From Balanoglossus misakiensis (taxonomy: Eukaryota; Animalia; Hemichordata), in contig JBECUI020000028.1 of the NCBI GenBank assembly GCA_040954595.2, forward strand, positions 186,001 through 250,000: DNA of 64,000 nucleotides, in the 5' to 3' direction. This document shows, in pieces, positions 27,401-40,700 of this stretch. A model generated the notes under the pieces. That model saw only the letters and a list, made by a program, of their open reading frames with translations. It did no database searches and was not told the origin of the DNA. Positions within the stretch are counted from its first letter, which is position 1. Each line of letters opens with the position of its first letter. Made by a program: the position numbers and the translations under genes.

Positions 27401-30400
27401 CCTGATGCAAAGAATCAGATTCAATGTCATCATTGCATTAGCAATGTCAAAGTACAGTGCTTTTCGACACGTATTAACCCACAGATTTTTCAACAACCTG
27501 AAATCCCCATATGCATTTAATACCCATGTCAAAGTGAAGTGTTTGCATCACTATCTACCCTGATGCATCATAAAGCTTGCTACGCCATTTACCCTGATGC
27601 AAAGAATCAGATTCAATGTCATCGTTACATTAGCAATGTCAAAGTACAGTGCTTTTGGACACGTATTAACCCAGGGATTTATCATCAACTTGAAATCCCC
27701 ATATGCATTTAATACCAATGTCAAAGTGAAGTGATTGCATCACTATCTACCCTGATGCAATATCAACCTTGCTTCACCATTTGCCCAGATGCAAAGAATC
27801 AGATTCAATGTCATCGTTGCATTAGCAATGTCAAATTAGAGTGCTTTTGGCCACGTATTAACCTATGGATTTACATTTAACATTAAATACCCATGTGAAA
27901 GTGCAGAGTTTGCATCACCATCTACTCTGATGCATCATTGAGCTTGCTTCGCCATTTGCCCTAATGCAAAGAATCCCATTCAATGTCATCATTGCATATG
28001 CAATGTCAAAGTACAGTGCTTTCAGCCACGTATTAACCCAGGGATTTACAGACAACTTTAAATCCCCCTGTAGGCATTTTATACCCATGTCAAAGTGCAG
28101 AGCTTGCATCACTATCTACCCTGATGCATCATCAACCTTGCTTTGCCATTTACCCTGATGCAAAGAATCAGATTCAATGTCATCGTTGCATTAGCAATGT
28201 CAAAGTACAGTGCTTTTGGACACGTATTAACCCAGGGATTTACAGACAACTTTAAATCCCCCAGTAGGCATTTTATACCCATGTCAAAGTGCAGAGCTTG
28301 CATCACTATCTACCCTGATGCATCATCAACCTTGCTTCGCCATTTACCCTGATGCAAAGAATCAGATTCAATGTCATCATTGCATTAGCAATGTCAAAGT
28401 ACAGTGCTTTTCGACACGTAATAACCCACAGATTTTTCAACAACCTGAAATCCCCATATGCATTTAATACCCATGTCAAAGTGAAGTGTTTGCATCACTA
28501 TCTACCCTGATGCATCATAAAGCTTGCTACGCCATTTACCCTGATGCAAAGAATCAGATTCAATGTCATCGTTACATTAGCAATGTCAAAGTACAGTGCT
28601 TTTGGACACGTATTAATCCAGGGATTTATCATCAACTTGAAATCCCCATATGCATTTAATACCCATGTCAAAGTGAAGTGATTGCATCACTATCTACCCT
28701 GATGCAATATCAACCTTGCTTCGCCATTTGCCCAGATGCAAAGAATCAGATTCAATGTCATCGTTGCATTAGCAATGTCAAATTAGAGTGCTTTTGGCCA
28801 CGTATTAACCTATGGATTTACATTTAACATTAAATACCCATGTGAAAGTGCAGAGTTTGCATCACCATCTACTCTGATGCATCATTGAGCTTGCTTCGCC
28901 ATTTGCCCTAATGCAAAGAATCCCATTCAATGTCACCATTGCATATGCAATGTCAAAGTACAGTGCTTTCAGCCACGTATTAACCCAGGGATTTACAGAC
29001 AACTTTAAATCCCCCTGTAGGCATTTTATACCCATGTCAAAGTGCAGAGCTTGCATCACTATCTACCCTGATGCATCATCAACCTTGCTTTGCCATTTAC
29101 CCTGATGCAAAGAATCAGATTCAATGTCATCATTGCATTAGCAATGTCAAAGTACAGTGCTTTTCGACACGTAATAACCCACAGATTTTTCAACAACCTG
29201 AAATCCCCATATGCATTTAATACCCATGTCAAAGTGAAGTGTTTGCATCACTATCTACCCTGATGCATCATAAAGCTTGCTACGCCATTTACCCTGATGC
29301 AAAGAATCAGATTCAATGTCATCGTTACATTAGCAATGTCAAAGTACAGTGCTTTTGGACACGTATTAACCCAGGGATTTATCATCAACTTGAAATCCCC
29401 ATATGCATTTAATACCCATGTCAAAGTGAAGTGATTGCATCACTATCTACCCTGATGCAATATCAACCTTGCTTCACCATTTGCCCAGATGCAAAGAATC
29501 AGATTCAATGTCATCGTTGCATTAGCAATGTCAAATTAGAGTGCTTTTGGCCACGTATTAACCTATGGATTTACATTTAACATTAAATACCCATGTGAAA
29601 GTGCAGAGTTTGCATCACCATCTACTCTGATGCATCATTGAGCTTGCTTCGCCATTTGCCCTAATGCAAAGAATCCCATTCAATGTCACCATTGCATATG
29701 CAATGTCAAAGTACAGTGCTTTCAGCCACGTATTAACCCAGGGATTTACAGACAACTTTAAATCCCCCTGTAGGCATTTTATACCCATGTCAAAGTGCAG
29801 AGCTTGCATCACTATCTACCCTGATGCATCATCAACCTTGCTTTGCCATTTACCCTGATGCAAAGAATCAGATTCAATGTCATCGCTGCATTAGCAATGT
29901 CAAAGTACAGTGTTTTTGGACACGTATTAACCCAGGGATTTACAGACAACTTTAAATCCCCCTGTAGGCATTTTATACCCATGTCAAAGTGAAGTGTTTG
30001 CATCACTATCTACCCTGATGCGTCATAAAGCTTGCTACGCCATTTACCCTGATGCAAAGAATCAGATTCAATGTCATCATTGCATTAGCAATGTCAAAGT
30101 ACAGTGCTTTTGGACACGTATTAACCCACAGATTTTTCAACAACCTGAAATCCCCATATGCATTTAATACCCATGTCAAAGTGAAGTGTTTGCATCACTA
30201 TCTACCCTGATGCGTCATAAAGCTTGCTACGCCATTTACCCTGATGCAAAGAATCAGATTCAATGTCATCGTTGCATTAGCAATGTCAAAGTACAGTGCT
30301 TTTGGACACGTATTAACCCACAGATTTTTCAACAACCTGAAATCCCCATATGCATTTAAAACCCATGTCAAAGTGAAGTGTTTGCATCACTATCTACCCT

Positions 30401-33400
30401 GATGCATCATAAAGCTTGCTACGCCATTTACCCTGATGCAAAGAATCAGATTCAATGTCATCGTTATATTAGCAATGTCAAAGTACAGTGCTTTTGGACA
30501 CGTATTAACCCAGGGATTTATCATCAACTTGAAATCCCCATATGCATTTAATACCCATGTCAAAGTGAAGTGATTGCATCACTATCTATCCTGATGCATC
30601 ATCAACCTTGCTTCGCTATTTGCCCTGATGCAAAGAATCAGATTCAATGTCATCGTTGCATTAGCAATGTCAAATTAGAGTGCTTTTGGCCACGTATTAA
30701 CCTATGGATTTACATTTAACATTAAATACCCATGTGAAAGTGCAGAGTTTGCATCACCATCTACTCTGATGCATCATTGAGCTTGCTTCGCCATTTGCCC
30801 TAATGCAAAGAATCCCATTCAATGTCACCATTGCAAATGCAATGTCAAAGTACAGTGCTTTCCGCCACGTATTAACCCAGGGATTTACAGACAACTTTAA
30901 ATCCCCCAGTAGGCATTTTATACCCATGTCAAAGTGCAGAGCTTGCATCACTATCTACCCTGATGCATCATCAACCTTGCTTCGCCATTTACCCTGATGC
31001 AAAGAATCAGATTCAATGTCATCGTTACATTAGCAATGTCAAAGTACAGTGCTTTTGGACACGTATTAACCCAGGGATTTATCATCAACTTGAAATCCCC
31101 CTGTAGGCATTTTATACCCATGTCAAAGTGAAGTGATTGCATCACTATCTATCCTGATGCATCATCAACCTTGCTTCGCCATTTGCCCTGATGCAAAGAA
31201 TCAGATTCAATGTCATCGTTGCATTAGCAATGTCAAATTAGAGTGCTTTTGGCCACGTATTAACCTATGGATTTAGAGTTAACATTAAATACCCATGTGA
31301 AAGTGCAGAGTTTGCATCACCATCTACTCTGATGCATCATTGAGCTTGCTTCGCCATTTGCCCTAATGCAAAGAATCCCATTCAATGTCACCATTGCATA
31401 TGCAATGTCAAAGTACAGTGCTTTCCGCCACGTATTAACCCAGGGATTTACAGACAACTTTAAATCCCCCAGTAGGCATTTTATACCCATGTCAAAGTGC
31501 AGAGCTTGCATCACTATCTACCCTGATGCATCATCAACCTTGCTTCGCCATTTACCCTGATGCAAAGAATCAGATTCAATGTCATCGTTGCATTAGCAAT
31601 GTCAAAGTACAGTGCTTTTGGACACGTATTAACCCACAGATTTTTCAACAACATGAAATCCCCATATGCATTTAATACCCATGTCAAAGTGAAGTGTTTG
31701 CATCACTATCTACCCTGATGCATCATAAAGCTTGCTACGCCATATACCCTGATGCAAAGAATCAGATTCAATGTCATCGTTGCATTAGCAATGTCAAAGT
31801 ACAGTGCTTTTGGACACGTATTAACCCAGGGATTTATCATCAACTTGAAATCCCCATATGCATTTAATACCAATGTCAAAGTGAAGTGATTGCATCACTA
31901 TCTACCCTGATGCATCATCAACCTTGCTTCGCCATTTGCCCTGATGCAGAGAATCAGATTCAATGTCATCGTTTCATTAGCAATGTCAAATTAGAGTGCT
32001 TTTGGCCACGTATTAACCTATGGATTTACATTTAACATTAAATACCCATGTGAAAGTGCAGAGTTTGCATCACCATCTACTCTGATGCATCATTGAGCTT
32101 GCTTCGCCATTTGCCCTAATGCAAAGAATCCCATTCAATGTCACCATTGCATATGCAATGTCAAAGTACAGTGCTTTCCGCCACGTATTAACCCAGGGAT
32201 TTACAGACAACTTTAAATCCCCCTGTAGGCATTTTATACCCATGTTAAAGTGCAGAGCTTGCATCACTATCTACCCTGATGCATCATCAACCTTGCTTCG
32301 CCATTTACCCTGATGCAAAGAATCAGATTCAATGTCATCGCTGCATTAGCAATGTCAAAGTACAGTGTTTTTGGACACGTATTAACCCAGGGATTTACAG
32401 ACAACTTTAAATCCCCCTGTAGGCATTTTATACCCATGTCAAAGTGAAGTGTTTGCATCACTATCTACCCTGATGCATCATAAAGCTTGCTACGCCATTT
32501 ACCCTGATGCAAAGAATCAGATTCAATGTCATCATTGCATTAGCAATGTCAAAGTACAGTGCTTTTCGACACGTATTAACCCACAGATTTTTCAACAACC
32601 TGAAATCCCCATATGCATTTAATACCCATGTCAAAGTGAAGTGTTTGCATTACTATCTACCCTGATGCATCATAAAGCTTGCTACGCCATTTGCCCTAAT
32701 GCAAAGAATCCCATTCAATGTCACCATTGCAAATGCAATGTCAAAGTACAGTGCTTTCCGCCACGTATTAACCCAGGGATTTACAGACAACTTTAAATCC
32801 CCCAGTAGGCATTTTATACCCATGTCAAAGTGCAGAGCTTGCATCACTATCTACCCTGATGCATCATCAACCTTGCTTCGCCATTTACCCTGATGCAAAG
32901 AATCAGATTCAATGTCATCGTTACATTAGCAATGTCAAAGTACAGTGCTTTTGGACACGTATTAACCCAGGGATTTATCATCAACTTGAAATCCCCATAT
33001 TCATTTAATACCCATGTCAAAGTGAAGTGATTGCATCACTATCTATCCTGATGCATCATCAACCTTGCTTCGCCATTTGCCCTGATGCAAAGAATCAGAT
33101 TCAATGTCATCGTTGCATTAGCAATGTCAAATTAGAGTGCTTTTGGCCACGTATTAACCTATGGATTTAGAGTTAACATTAAATACCCATGTGAAAGTGC
33201 AGAGTTTGCATCACCATCTACTCTGATGCATCATTGAGCTTGCTTCGCCATTTGCCCTAATGCAAAGAATCCCATTCAATGTCACCATTGCATATGCAAT
33301 GTCAAAGTACAGTGCTTTCCGCCACGTATTAACCCAGGGATTTACAGACAACTTTAAATCCCCCAGTAGGCATTTTATACCCATGTCAAAGTGCAGAGCT

Positions 33401-35285
33401 TGCATCACTATCTACCCTGATGCATCATCAACCTTGCTTCGCCATTTACCCTGATGCAAAGAATCAGATTCAATGTCATCGTTGCATTAGCAATGTCAAA
33501 GTACAGTGCTTTTGGACACGTATTAACCCACAGATTTTTCAACAACATGAAATCCCCATATGCATTTAATACCCATGTCAAAGTGAAGTGTTTGCATCAC
33601 TATCTACCCTGATGCATCATAAAGCTTGCTACGCCATATACCCTGATGCAAAGAATCAGATTCAATGTCATCGTTGCATTAGCAATGTCAAAGTACAGTG
33701 CTTTTGGACACGTATTAACCCAGGGATTTATCATCAACTTGAAATCCCCATATGCATTTAATACCAATGTCAAAGTGAAGTGATTGCATCACTATCTACC
33801 CTGATGCATCATCAACCTTGCTTCGCCATTTGCCCTGATGCAGAGAATCAGATTCAATGTCATCGTTTCATTAGCAATGTCAAATTAGAGTGCTTTTGGC
33901 CACGTATTAACCTATGGATTTACATTTAACATTAAATACCCATGTGAAAGTGCAGAGTTTGCATCACCATCTACTCTGATGCATCATTGAGCTTGCTTCG
34001 CCATTTGCCCTAATGCAAAGAATCCCATTCAATGTCACCATTGCATATGCAATGTCAAAGTACAGTGCTTTCCGCCACGTATTAACCCAGGGATTTACAG
34101 ACAACTTTAAATCCCCCTGTAGGCATTTTATACCCATGTTAAAGTGCAGAGCTTGCATCACTATCTACCCTGATGCATCATCAACCTTGCTTCGCCATTT
34201 ACCCTGATGCAAAGAATCAGATTCAATGTCATCGCTGCATTAGCAATGTCAAAGTACAGTGTTTTTGGACACGTATTAACCCAGGGATTTACAGACAACT
34301 TTAAATCCCCCTGTAGGCATTTTATACCCATGTCAAAGTGAAGTGTTTGCATCACTATCTACCCTGATGCATCATAAAGCTTGCTACGCCATTTACCCTG
34401 ATGCAAAGAATCAGATTCAATGTCATCATTGCATTAGCAATGTCAAAGTACAGTGCTTTTCGACACGTATTAACCCACAGATTTTTCAACAACCTGAAAT
34501 CCCCATATGCATTTAATACCCATGTCAAAGTGAAGTGTTTGCATTACTATCTACCCTGATGCATCATAAAGCTTGCTACGCCATTTACCCTGATGCAAAC
34601 AATCAGATTCAATGTCATCGTTGCATTAGCAATGTCAAAGTACAGTGCTTTTGGACACGTATTAACCCACAGATTTTTCAACAACCTGAAATCCCCATAT
34701 GCATTTAATACCCATGTCAAAGTGAAGTGTTTGCATTACTATCTACCCTGATGCATCATAAAGCTTGCTACGCCATTTACCCTGATGCAAAGAATCATAT
34801 TCAATGTCATCGTTGCATTAGCAATGTCAAAGTACAGTGATTTTGGACACGTATTAACCCACAGATTTTTCAACAACCTGAAATCCCCATATGCATTTAA
34901 TACCCATGTCAAAGTGAAGTGTTTGCATTACTATCTACCCTGATGCATCATAAAGCTTGCTACGCCATTTGCCCTGATGCAAAGAATCAGATTCAATGTC
35001 ATCGTTCCATTAACAATGTCAAAATAGAGTGCTTTTGGCCACGTATTAACCTATGGATTTACATTTAACATTAAATACCCATGTGAAAGTGCAGAGCTTG
35101 CATCACCATCTACTCTGATGCATCATTGAGCTTGCTTCGCCATTTGCCCCAATGCAAAGAATCCCATTCAATGTCATCGTTGCATTAGCAATGTCAAAGT
35201 ACAGTGCTTTCCGCCACGTATTAACCCAGGGATTTACTGACAACTTTAAATCCCCCTATACACATTTTATACCCATGTCAAAGTG
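9482..35285. repeat. Satellite array with ~175-194-bp monomers and a 947-bp five-monomer higher-order repeat
   Basis: Monomer variants of 194+194+192+192+175 bp sum to 947 bp. The recurrent ORF-track hits are spaced 947 bp apart (17462-18409, 19548-20495-21442, 26021-26968-27915-28862), with variant spacings of 1139, 753 and 563 bp. Confidence 0.97.
10793..13618. mobile_element. Non-autonomous DNA transposon (2.8 kb) inserted in the satellite, TA target duplication
   Basis: Left end CAGTCCCAACAGAATAGAACAACTA matches the right-end reverse complement CAGTCCCAACAGCGTACAACAACTA. TA flanks both ends, and removing the element restores GGCCAYGTA|TTAA of the monomer. Subterminal TACGGGAAC and CTRCAAC repeats are present, with an internal ~100-bp duplication at 12290-12520 and no transposase ORF. 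Confidence 0.88.
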
Positions 35286-35330
35286 CCAGGGTTCGAACCC
35301 ATGATCCTCTAACCACTGGACTATGACTAT
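35286..35330 (-). other. tRNA/SINE-like Pol III promoter remnant (A box and B box, anticodon arm absent)
   Basis: The minus strand reads TAGTCCAGTGGTTAGAGGATCATGGGTTCGAACCCTGGC. A-box-like TAGTCCAGTGG and B-box GGTTCGAACCC are only ~13 nt apart. Confidence 0.5.
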
Positions 35331-36539
35331 GTGACAGAATGACCTTTCTGTATGGTGCCTTGTTTAGCTCCTAGTCAGATTTCAAGAAAATGTGGAAAAG
35401 TGCAAATTAGTCTCTTTGAATTTCCAACAACTCAGTTTGTCAGCTCCCATATCCCAGTTCTCTGACCAGTTCCCGTTCTTCTTAGATGTCACAATACTGA
35501 TCACAAGACATGCAGTTGTACACTTTGCGGAAAACATTATGAATATATGCAGATAAGAAAAGACTTACTTGTGGGCAATTTAAACACAACATTTTGAGTA
35601 AAGTGGGTAAAATAGGATTAAAGTTGGTTTATAAAGGCATATCGAAAAGAATCTACTTCAATTTGTTCATTTCTGAAATTTGAGAATATGAATATGCATG
35701 TTTTATTTGCCATATATGAACACCAATGAAAAGTTATGTTTCCAGCTTAGGTATCGGTGGATTTGAACCACCTGACATCAGAAGACGCCTCCAGAATACC
35801 TCTAATTTGGTTGCATAATTTTCATGTGAATGTTCATAATATAGCGATTGATTAATCCCTAATTTTTTATTTTTATTTTTGGGGGGGGGGGGGGGGGGCT
35901 GGAGGGGGGTGGAGGTTCAAGTAGTAAATCTTGCAGGCCAATTTGAAACAATGTGTCATGTAGTTAACCTGAAAGAAATTAACACAAATAGTTTCTACTC
36001 TTTTTGAAACAAGGTGTCATGTGGTTGAACTGTGACAATGGGCCAGTCAAAATAGCATCTGCAAATTATGCACACAATAGAGTGATGGGTTAATGGGTTA
36101 AGTTTACTTTTACCTTAGCATTATATAACACACTATCGTGTACATAATCTCGCAGAGCTCTATCATAATTGTTTTCAAATAAAGCAAGATAACTACTTGT
36201 ATGATTACATATCTAATTTACGCGCCTAAAGGGCAGTTAAAAACCTCAGACCAGTTACAAAAGAGGAAAAAAAACTGTCCTCTCCTCCTCTCACCCCATG
36301 ATCTAAGCTAAATTTGGAATTTGGATGGGGTGGGGAGGTTTAGCTAACCTAACATGTTCTGCCTGTCTGTCGCGTACAATGTGTCCATGCGCGAATACGA
36401 TCACGGGTACCGTTGCGAGAAATTCCACCGAATAACGATGCTGACGAGTATTATCTATCTGAGAAATAATAGCATGTTATTCATAAAACATACACATTAA
36501 CCAATTAATGAACCAACATGATTATTAGACCCTGGACAC

Positions 36540-37050
36540 TTATTTAATGTTATATCATTATTATACCTCTGTCATCATCATCAATATTAACACCCTTGTA
36601 TACTTAATATCACCATAAGCCATCACCGCAATTATTAATCGTTATTATACCCTTCCATGATTGTTACCTTTATTAAACCCGACACAGTTATCACCATTTA
36701 TTATACCCTTCTCATTCATATACCCATTATAACCTGTGTACACAAGTCATCATCATATTATAAACCCATTATTATACCTTTTATACCAGTCACATTTGTT
36801 ACCCTATTATCATTCCCTTCATCCAAAAAACCACTGTTACCCCTGTATAACCTGTGTACACTCAAATTTTACCATAAGCCATCATCACATTTGTAACCCT
36901 TTTATTAAACCATTCATATTTGTTCGCCTTTATTATACCATACACATTTATGAACCTATTATCATACCCTGCACAAAGCCATTGCTGTTAACCTCATTTT
37001 AGCATAAGTAATCACTACCAATTATTAACCTGATTTATTGGACTATTAAG
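36540..37050. repeat. Degenerate AT-rich low-complexity tandem tract (ATTATACC / CACCATAAGCCATCA motifs)
   Basis: Recurrent TTATTATACC, TTATTAAACC and ACCATAAGCCATCA words. Confidence 0.55.
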
Positions 37051-37136
37051 TTTTATATTACGATCACTTCGTTTTGTACTCCTATATAACTCTACCTCAT
37101 AATTTCGGTCAATAGGTTTATTATGTTGAAACTCCA

Positions 37137-37710
37137 CTTCTCCATCCTTCCACATCTCCATCCTTTAAGTTGACGCTCCACGGCACCATCCATCCACCAA
37201 AGTTTATATTTCAGCAGGTTGACTATGGTTGACGCCCCGCACCATCCATCCATCAAAGTTTAATATTAGTAGGTTGACTATGATTGACACTCCGCTCCAT
37301 CCATCCATCCATCAAATTTTACGTTAGTAGGTTGATTATGGTGTTACCAGTGAGCCCTACAGGAAAAAAAAGAGAAAAAAGAGAAAAAAAAACTCTTCTT
37401 CTCCATCCTTCCACTTCTCCATCGTTTAAGTTGACGCTCCATGGCACTATCCATCCATCAAAGTTTATATTTCAGCAGGTTGACTATGGTTGACGCTCCG
37501 CCCCATCCATCCATCAAAGTTTATATTTAGTAGGTTGACTATGGTTGACGCTCCGTTCCATCCATCCATCAAAGTTTAATATTAGTAGGTTGACTATGGT
37601 TGACGCTCTGCTCCATCCATCCATCAAAGTTTATATTAGTAGGTTGACTATGGTTGACACTCTGCTCCACCCATCCATCAAATTTTACGTTAGTAGGTTG
37701 ATTATGGTGT
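37137..37710. repeat. ~54-bp minisatellite nested in a ~260-bp duplication
   Basis: Unit GTTGACTATGGTTGACGCTCCGCTCCATCCATCCATCAAAGTTTATATTAGTAG occurs about 8 times. The header CTTCTCCATCCTTCCAC occurs at ~37137 and ~37398. Confidence 0.85.
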
Positions 37711-40700
37711 TACCATTGGGGCCTACAGGGGAAAAAAGAAGAGAAGAGAGAAAAAAGAAAGAAAGAAAGGAAGAGAGAGAGAAGAAGAAGAGTACCGGTG
37801 GGACCTACAGAAGAAAAAAGAATGAAAGAATTAAATACATGAAATCAATGATAATTAAAGCTGCAAGCAGCGGTGGTGGGGCACAAACGGTTCCCATGGT
37901 AACCAGCGAATCCCAAAGCTGTATCTGCTGTGGATACCAAGATATGGGAAAGTAGGTCAAAGGTCACCTGAGTTCACCCAAATTTGGGCGAAACATTTTG
38001 ACACCATACTTGTCCATGACCAACAAAAACCAAACCTCTAGCCCTATTGGTTAGCCTGGAATTAGATATGTGCATAATTAATGAGGTCACATAAAAGACC
38101 CCAAAAGGTGTTCAATCCCTCCAAAAGCCAAGGCTCTATCCTGTCTGGATGCCGAGATATAGGGAAGGTCAAAGGTCACCTGAGGTCACCAAAATTTGAG
38201 CAAAATTTTGACACCACATATGTCCTTATACAACAAAAACCAAACATCTAGCCCTGTTGGTTAGCTTGGAATAAGATATGCACATAATTAATGAGGTATT
38301 GTGTAAGACTCTATTAGGTGGTCAATCCCCCCATAGCCAGGGCTGTAACTGCTCTGGAAGCTGAGATATGGGAAAGTAGGTCAAAGGTCACCCAAAATTT
38401 GGGCATAAAAGTTTGACCCCATAGTGGGCCATGTCCAACAAAAACCAGACCTGGAGCCCTATTGGTTAGCCTGGATTTAGATATGCAGAAAAATGATGTT
38501 TCAGAAATAGGTCAAAGGTCATTGCCAAAATATTTGTGTCATGTCCTGACAGCATTGGTACCCATGTCCACAAAATTCATGACTGTAGTGCTTTTACAAG
38601 AGGAGGTATGGGGAATATGCATATATAATTAGTTGGTTTAAAACTGGGTCAAAGGTCATGTGAAAATTGCCCCCCAAAATTGTGACAAGTTCCGGTCATA
38701 TGATGACTTATATCCACAAAAATAATTTCCTTGGTGTCAACATTTTGGCTATAGAACGGAATTTACATTTTTCAATGGTTTTCAGGAAATCCAATATGGC
38801 CGCCATAATGATCGACCAATCACAGTGCACTTCGCAAACTTGAAAGACATAGGTTAGGTGACTGCATACCCCGAATCCCATAACTCGGCGATCACTGCTT
38901 CTGGAGAAGAAGATTTTAAAAGTTTTAAGTAGTTTTTCAGAAAAAAAATTGTAGCAAAAAAACTTTATATTTGACATCATGATTTCAATGGGGTAAAATG
39001 ATGGACAGAAGGTAGGCTACCTGCACACAAAATTTGAACTCGATTGGCCCAGTAGTTTTTGAGAAGGAGTCATTTAACGGTTTTCGGAAAATCTAATATG
39101 GCCGCCAGGTCACGTGACTAATTAAATATTCACGGCCACTCTAGGTCTACTCATTGGCCCCTATCACCCTACCAAGTTTCAGCCCTGTAGGTGCTGCGGT
39201 TTTCCAGATCTACCTCGCCTGGCTTGTGCCCCTTATGATAGCATTAATGTTGCAAGCCAGCCCAACCCAACAAACTGAGGGTCAAGGGGTACATATGGTC
39301 AATTAATAAAAAAAAATAAGGTGCGACCAACATTGGCTAGGTCTAAGCAGTTCCTATGGATACCAGAGAGTGCCAATGCTATATCTGCTATGTTTATAGG
39401 AAAGTTGATCAAAGGTCACCAAGAGCTCACCCAAAATTGTCAACAAATTTTTCTTCCAAAATGATCAGTGTAAAATGAAAAACAAGACTTCTGGCTCTAT
39501 TAGTTAACCTGGTTATTAGGTGTTCCAGCCTTCAAAATTGTAAGACGTTATCTGCTGTGCATGCCAAGGCATGGAAAAATAGGTCCATCAAAAATGTCCA
39601 AAACCAAAGCCATCAAAAATGTCAGAAAAAATTTTGATTGCATAGTGGTCTATGTTCAAGGAAACCCAGACTCAAAGCTTCATTGTCTAGTCTACAATTA
39701 CGTAAGCACATATTTATAAGATTATCATTGGTCAAGAAATTCAGCAAAAAAATTAAGTCCAAAAGTAGAGCATGTTCATAAAAAATTCAACCTGTAACAA
39801 TATGGGTAAGCTCAGCATTAGATATGCACATATTTAATAAGGTCAACATTGGTCCAGTGGATTCCAAATGTAACAAAAATACCTAAGTCCCATACTTGTC
39901 CATATACATCAAAAACCAAACCTCTAGTGCTACTAGTCTTGCCGCAATAAGATTTTCAGAAAAGAATACAGGTGCCAAATGTAGAACGAAGTTCAATGCC
40001 AAAATATGTCCTGGCAGCAGTAATGTGACAAAAATCATCACTGTTGTGCTTTTCAACAAGAGGCACATCCACGAATAATTGAGTTCTGAAAAAAACTAGA
40101 TCAAAATACATGCGAAAATTGCCAAAAAAATGCAATGTATTCTGGTCATATGAAGACTCGTATCTATAAAAAGAATTGGTGTGCAATCAATGAGTAACCC
40201 AGAAAAAGGAAATTTTAGTTTTTAATCAGAATTCATAAAATCCGATTTGGCTTCAATAAGCTTTAATTAAGTTCTGAAAGATCTGGATCAAAGAACAAAT
40301 GAAAGTTGCCAAAAATTTGTATTATTAGGTGTTGAAAAAGGTTGGATCAAAGGACATGTGAAAGTTGCCAAAAAATTGTAACATATTCTAGTCGTATGGT
40401 GACTCATATCCATTAAAGGAATTTGTATGCAATCAATGCATAGGCTAAAAATAGGAAAATTTAGTTCTTAATCGGAGTTTAGAAAATCTAATTTGGCTCC
40501 AATGAGATTTAACCAATCAAAATTCACTTGAAAACTTGATTAGATAAAAAAATGACAATTATAATGAGATTTTCAAAAATCCAATAAGGCATCAAAAGTC
40601 ACATGACCACTAATGATATTATTGTCAAACTTTGAACCGGACAGTCAATTAGTAATTGATTTGCCCTGCAGTTTTGAAAAAATATGTCAACTTGTAGAAA

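Noticed and set aside
9541-34355. Dozens of near-identical 64-65-aa ORFs (MMQALHFDMGIKCLQGDLK...) resembling a tandem peptide gene family
   Set aside because: They are chance open frames of satellite monomers with GTG-type starts, occur on both strands, are broken in other monomer variants, and lack gene structure.
9482-35285. CRISPR-like or other repeat-spacer array
   Set aside because: There are no unique spacers; the whole monomer repeats. The context is eukaryotic with no cas genes.
35286-35330. Functional tRNA gene
   Set aside because: The anticodon arm is missing and no full cloverleaf can be formed.
35881-35915. Poly-G run as a G-quadruplex element
   Set aside because: Similar homopolymer runs are scattered through the window (1380, 11491, 46556, 55502, 57018) and their lengths are error-prone.
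35330-36500. Continuation exons of the transposase after the satellite
   Set aside because: No acceptor-bounded frame with transposase-like motifs and no right TIR were seen by eye.
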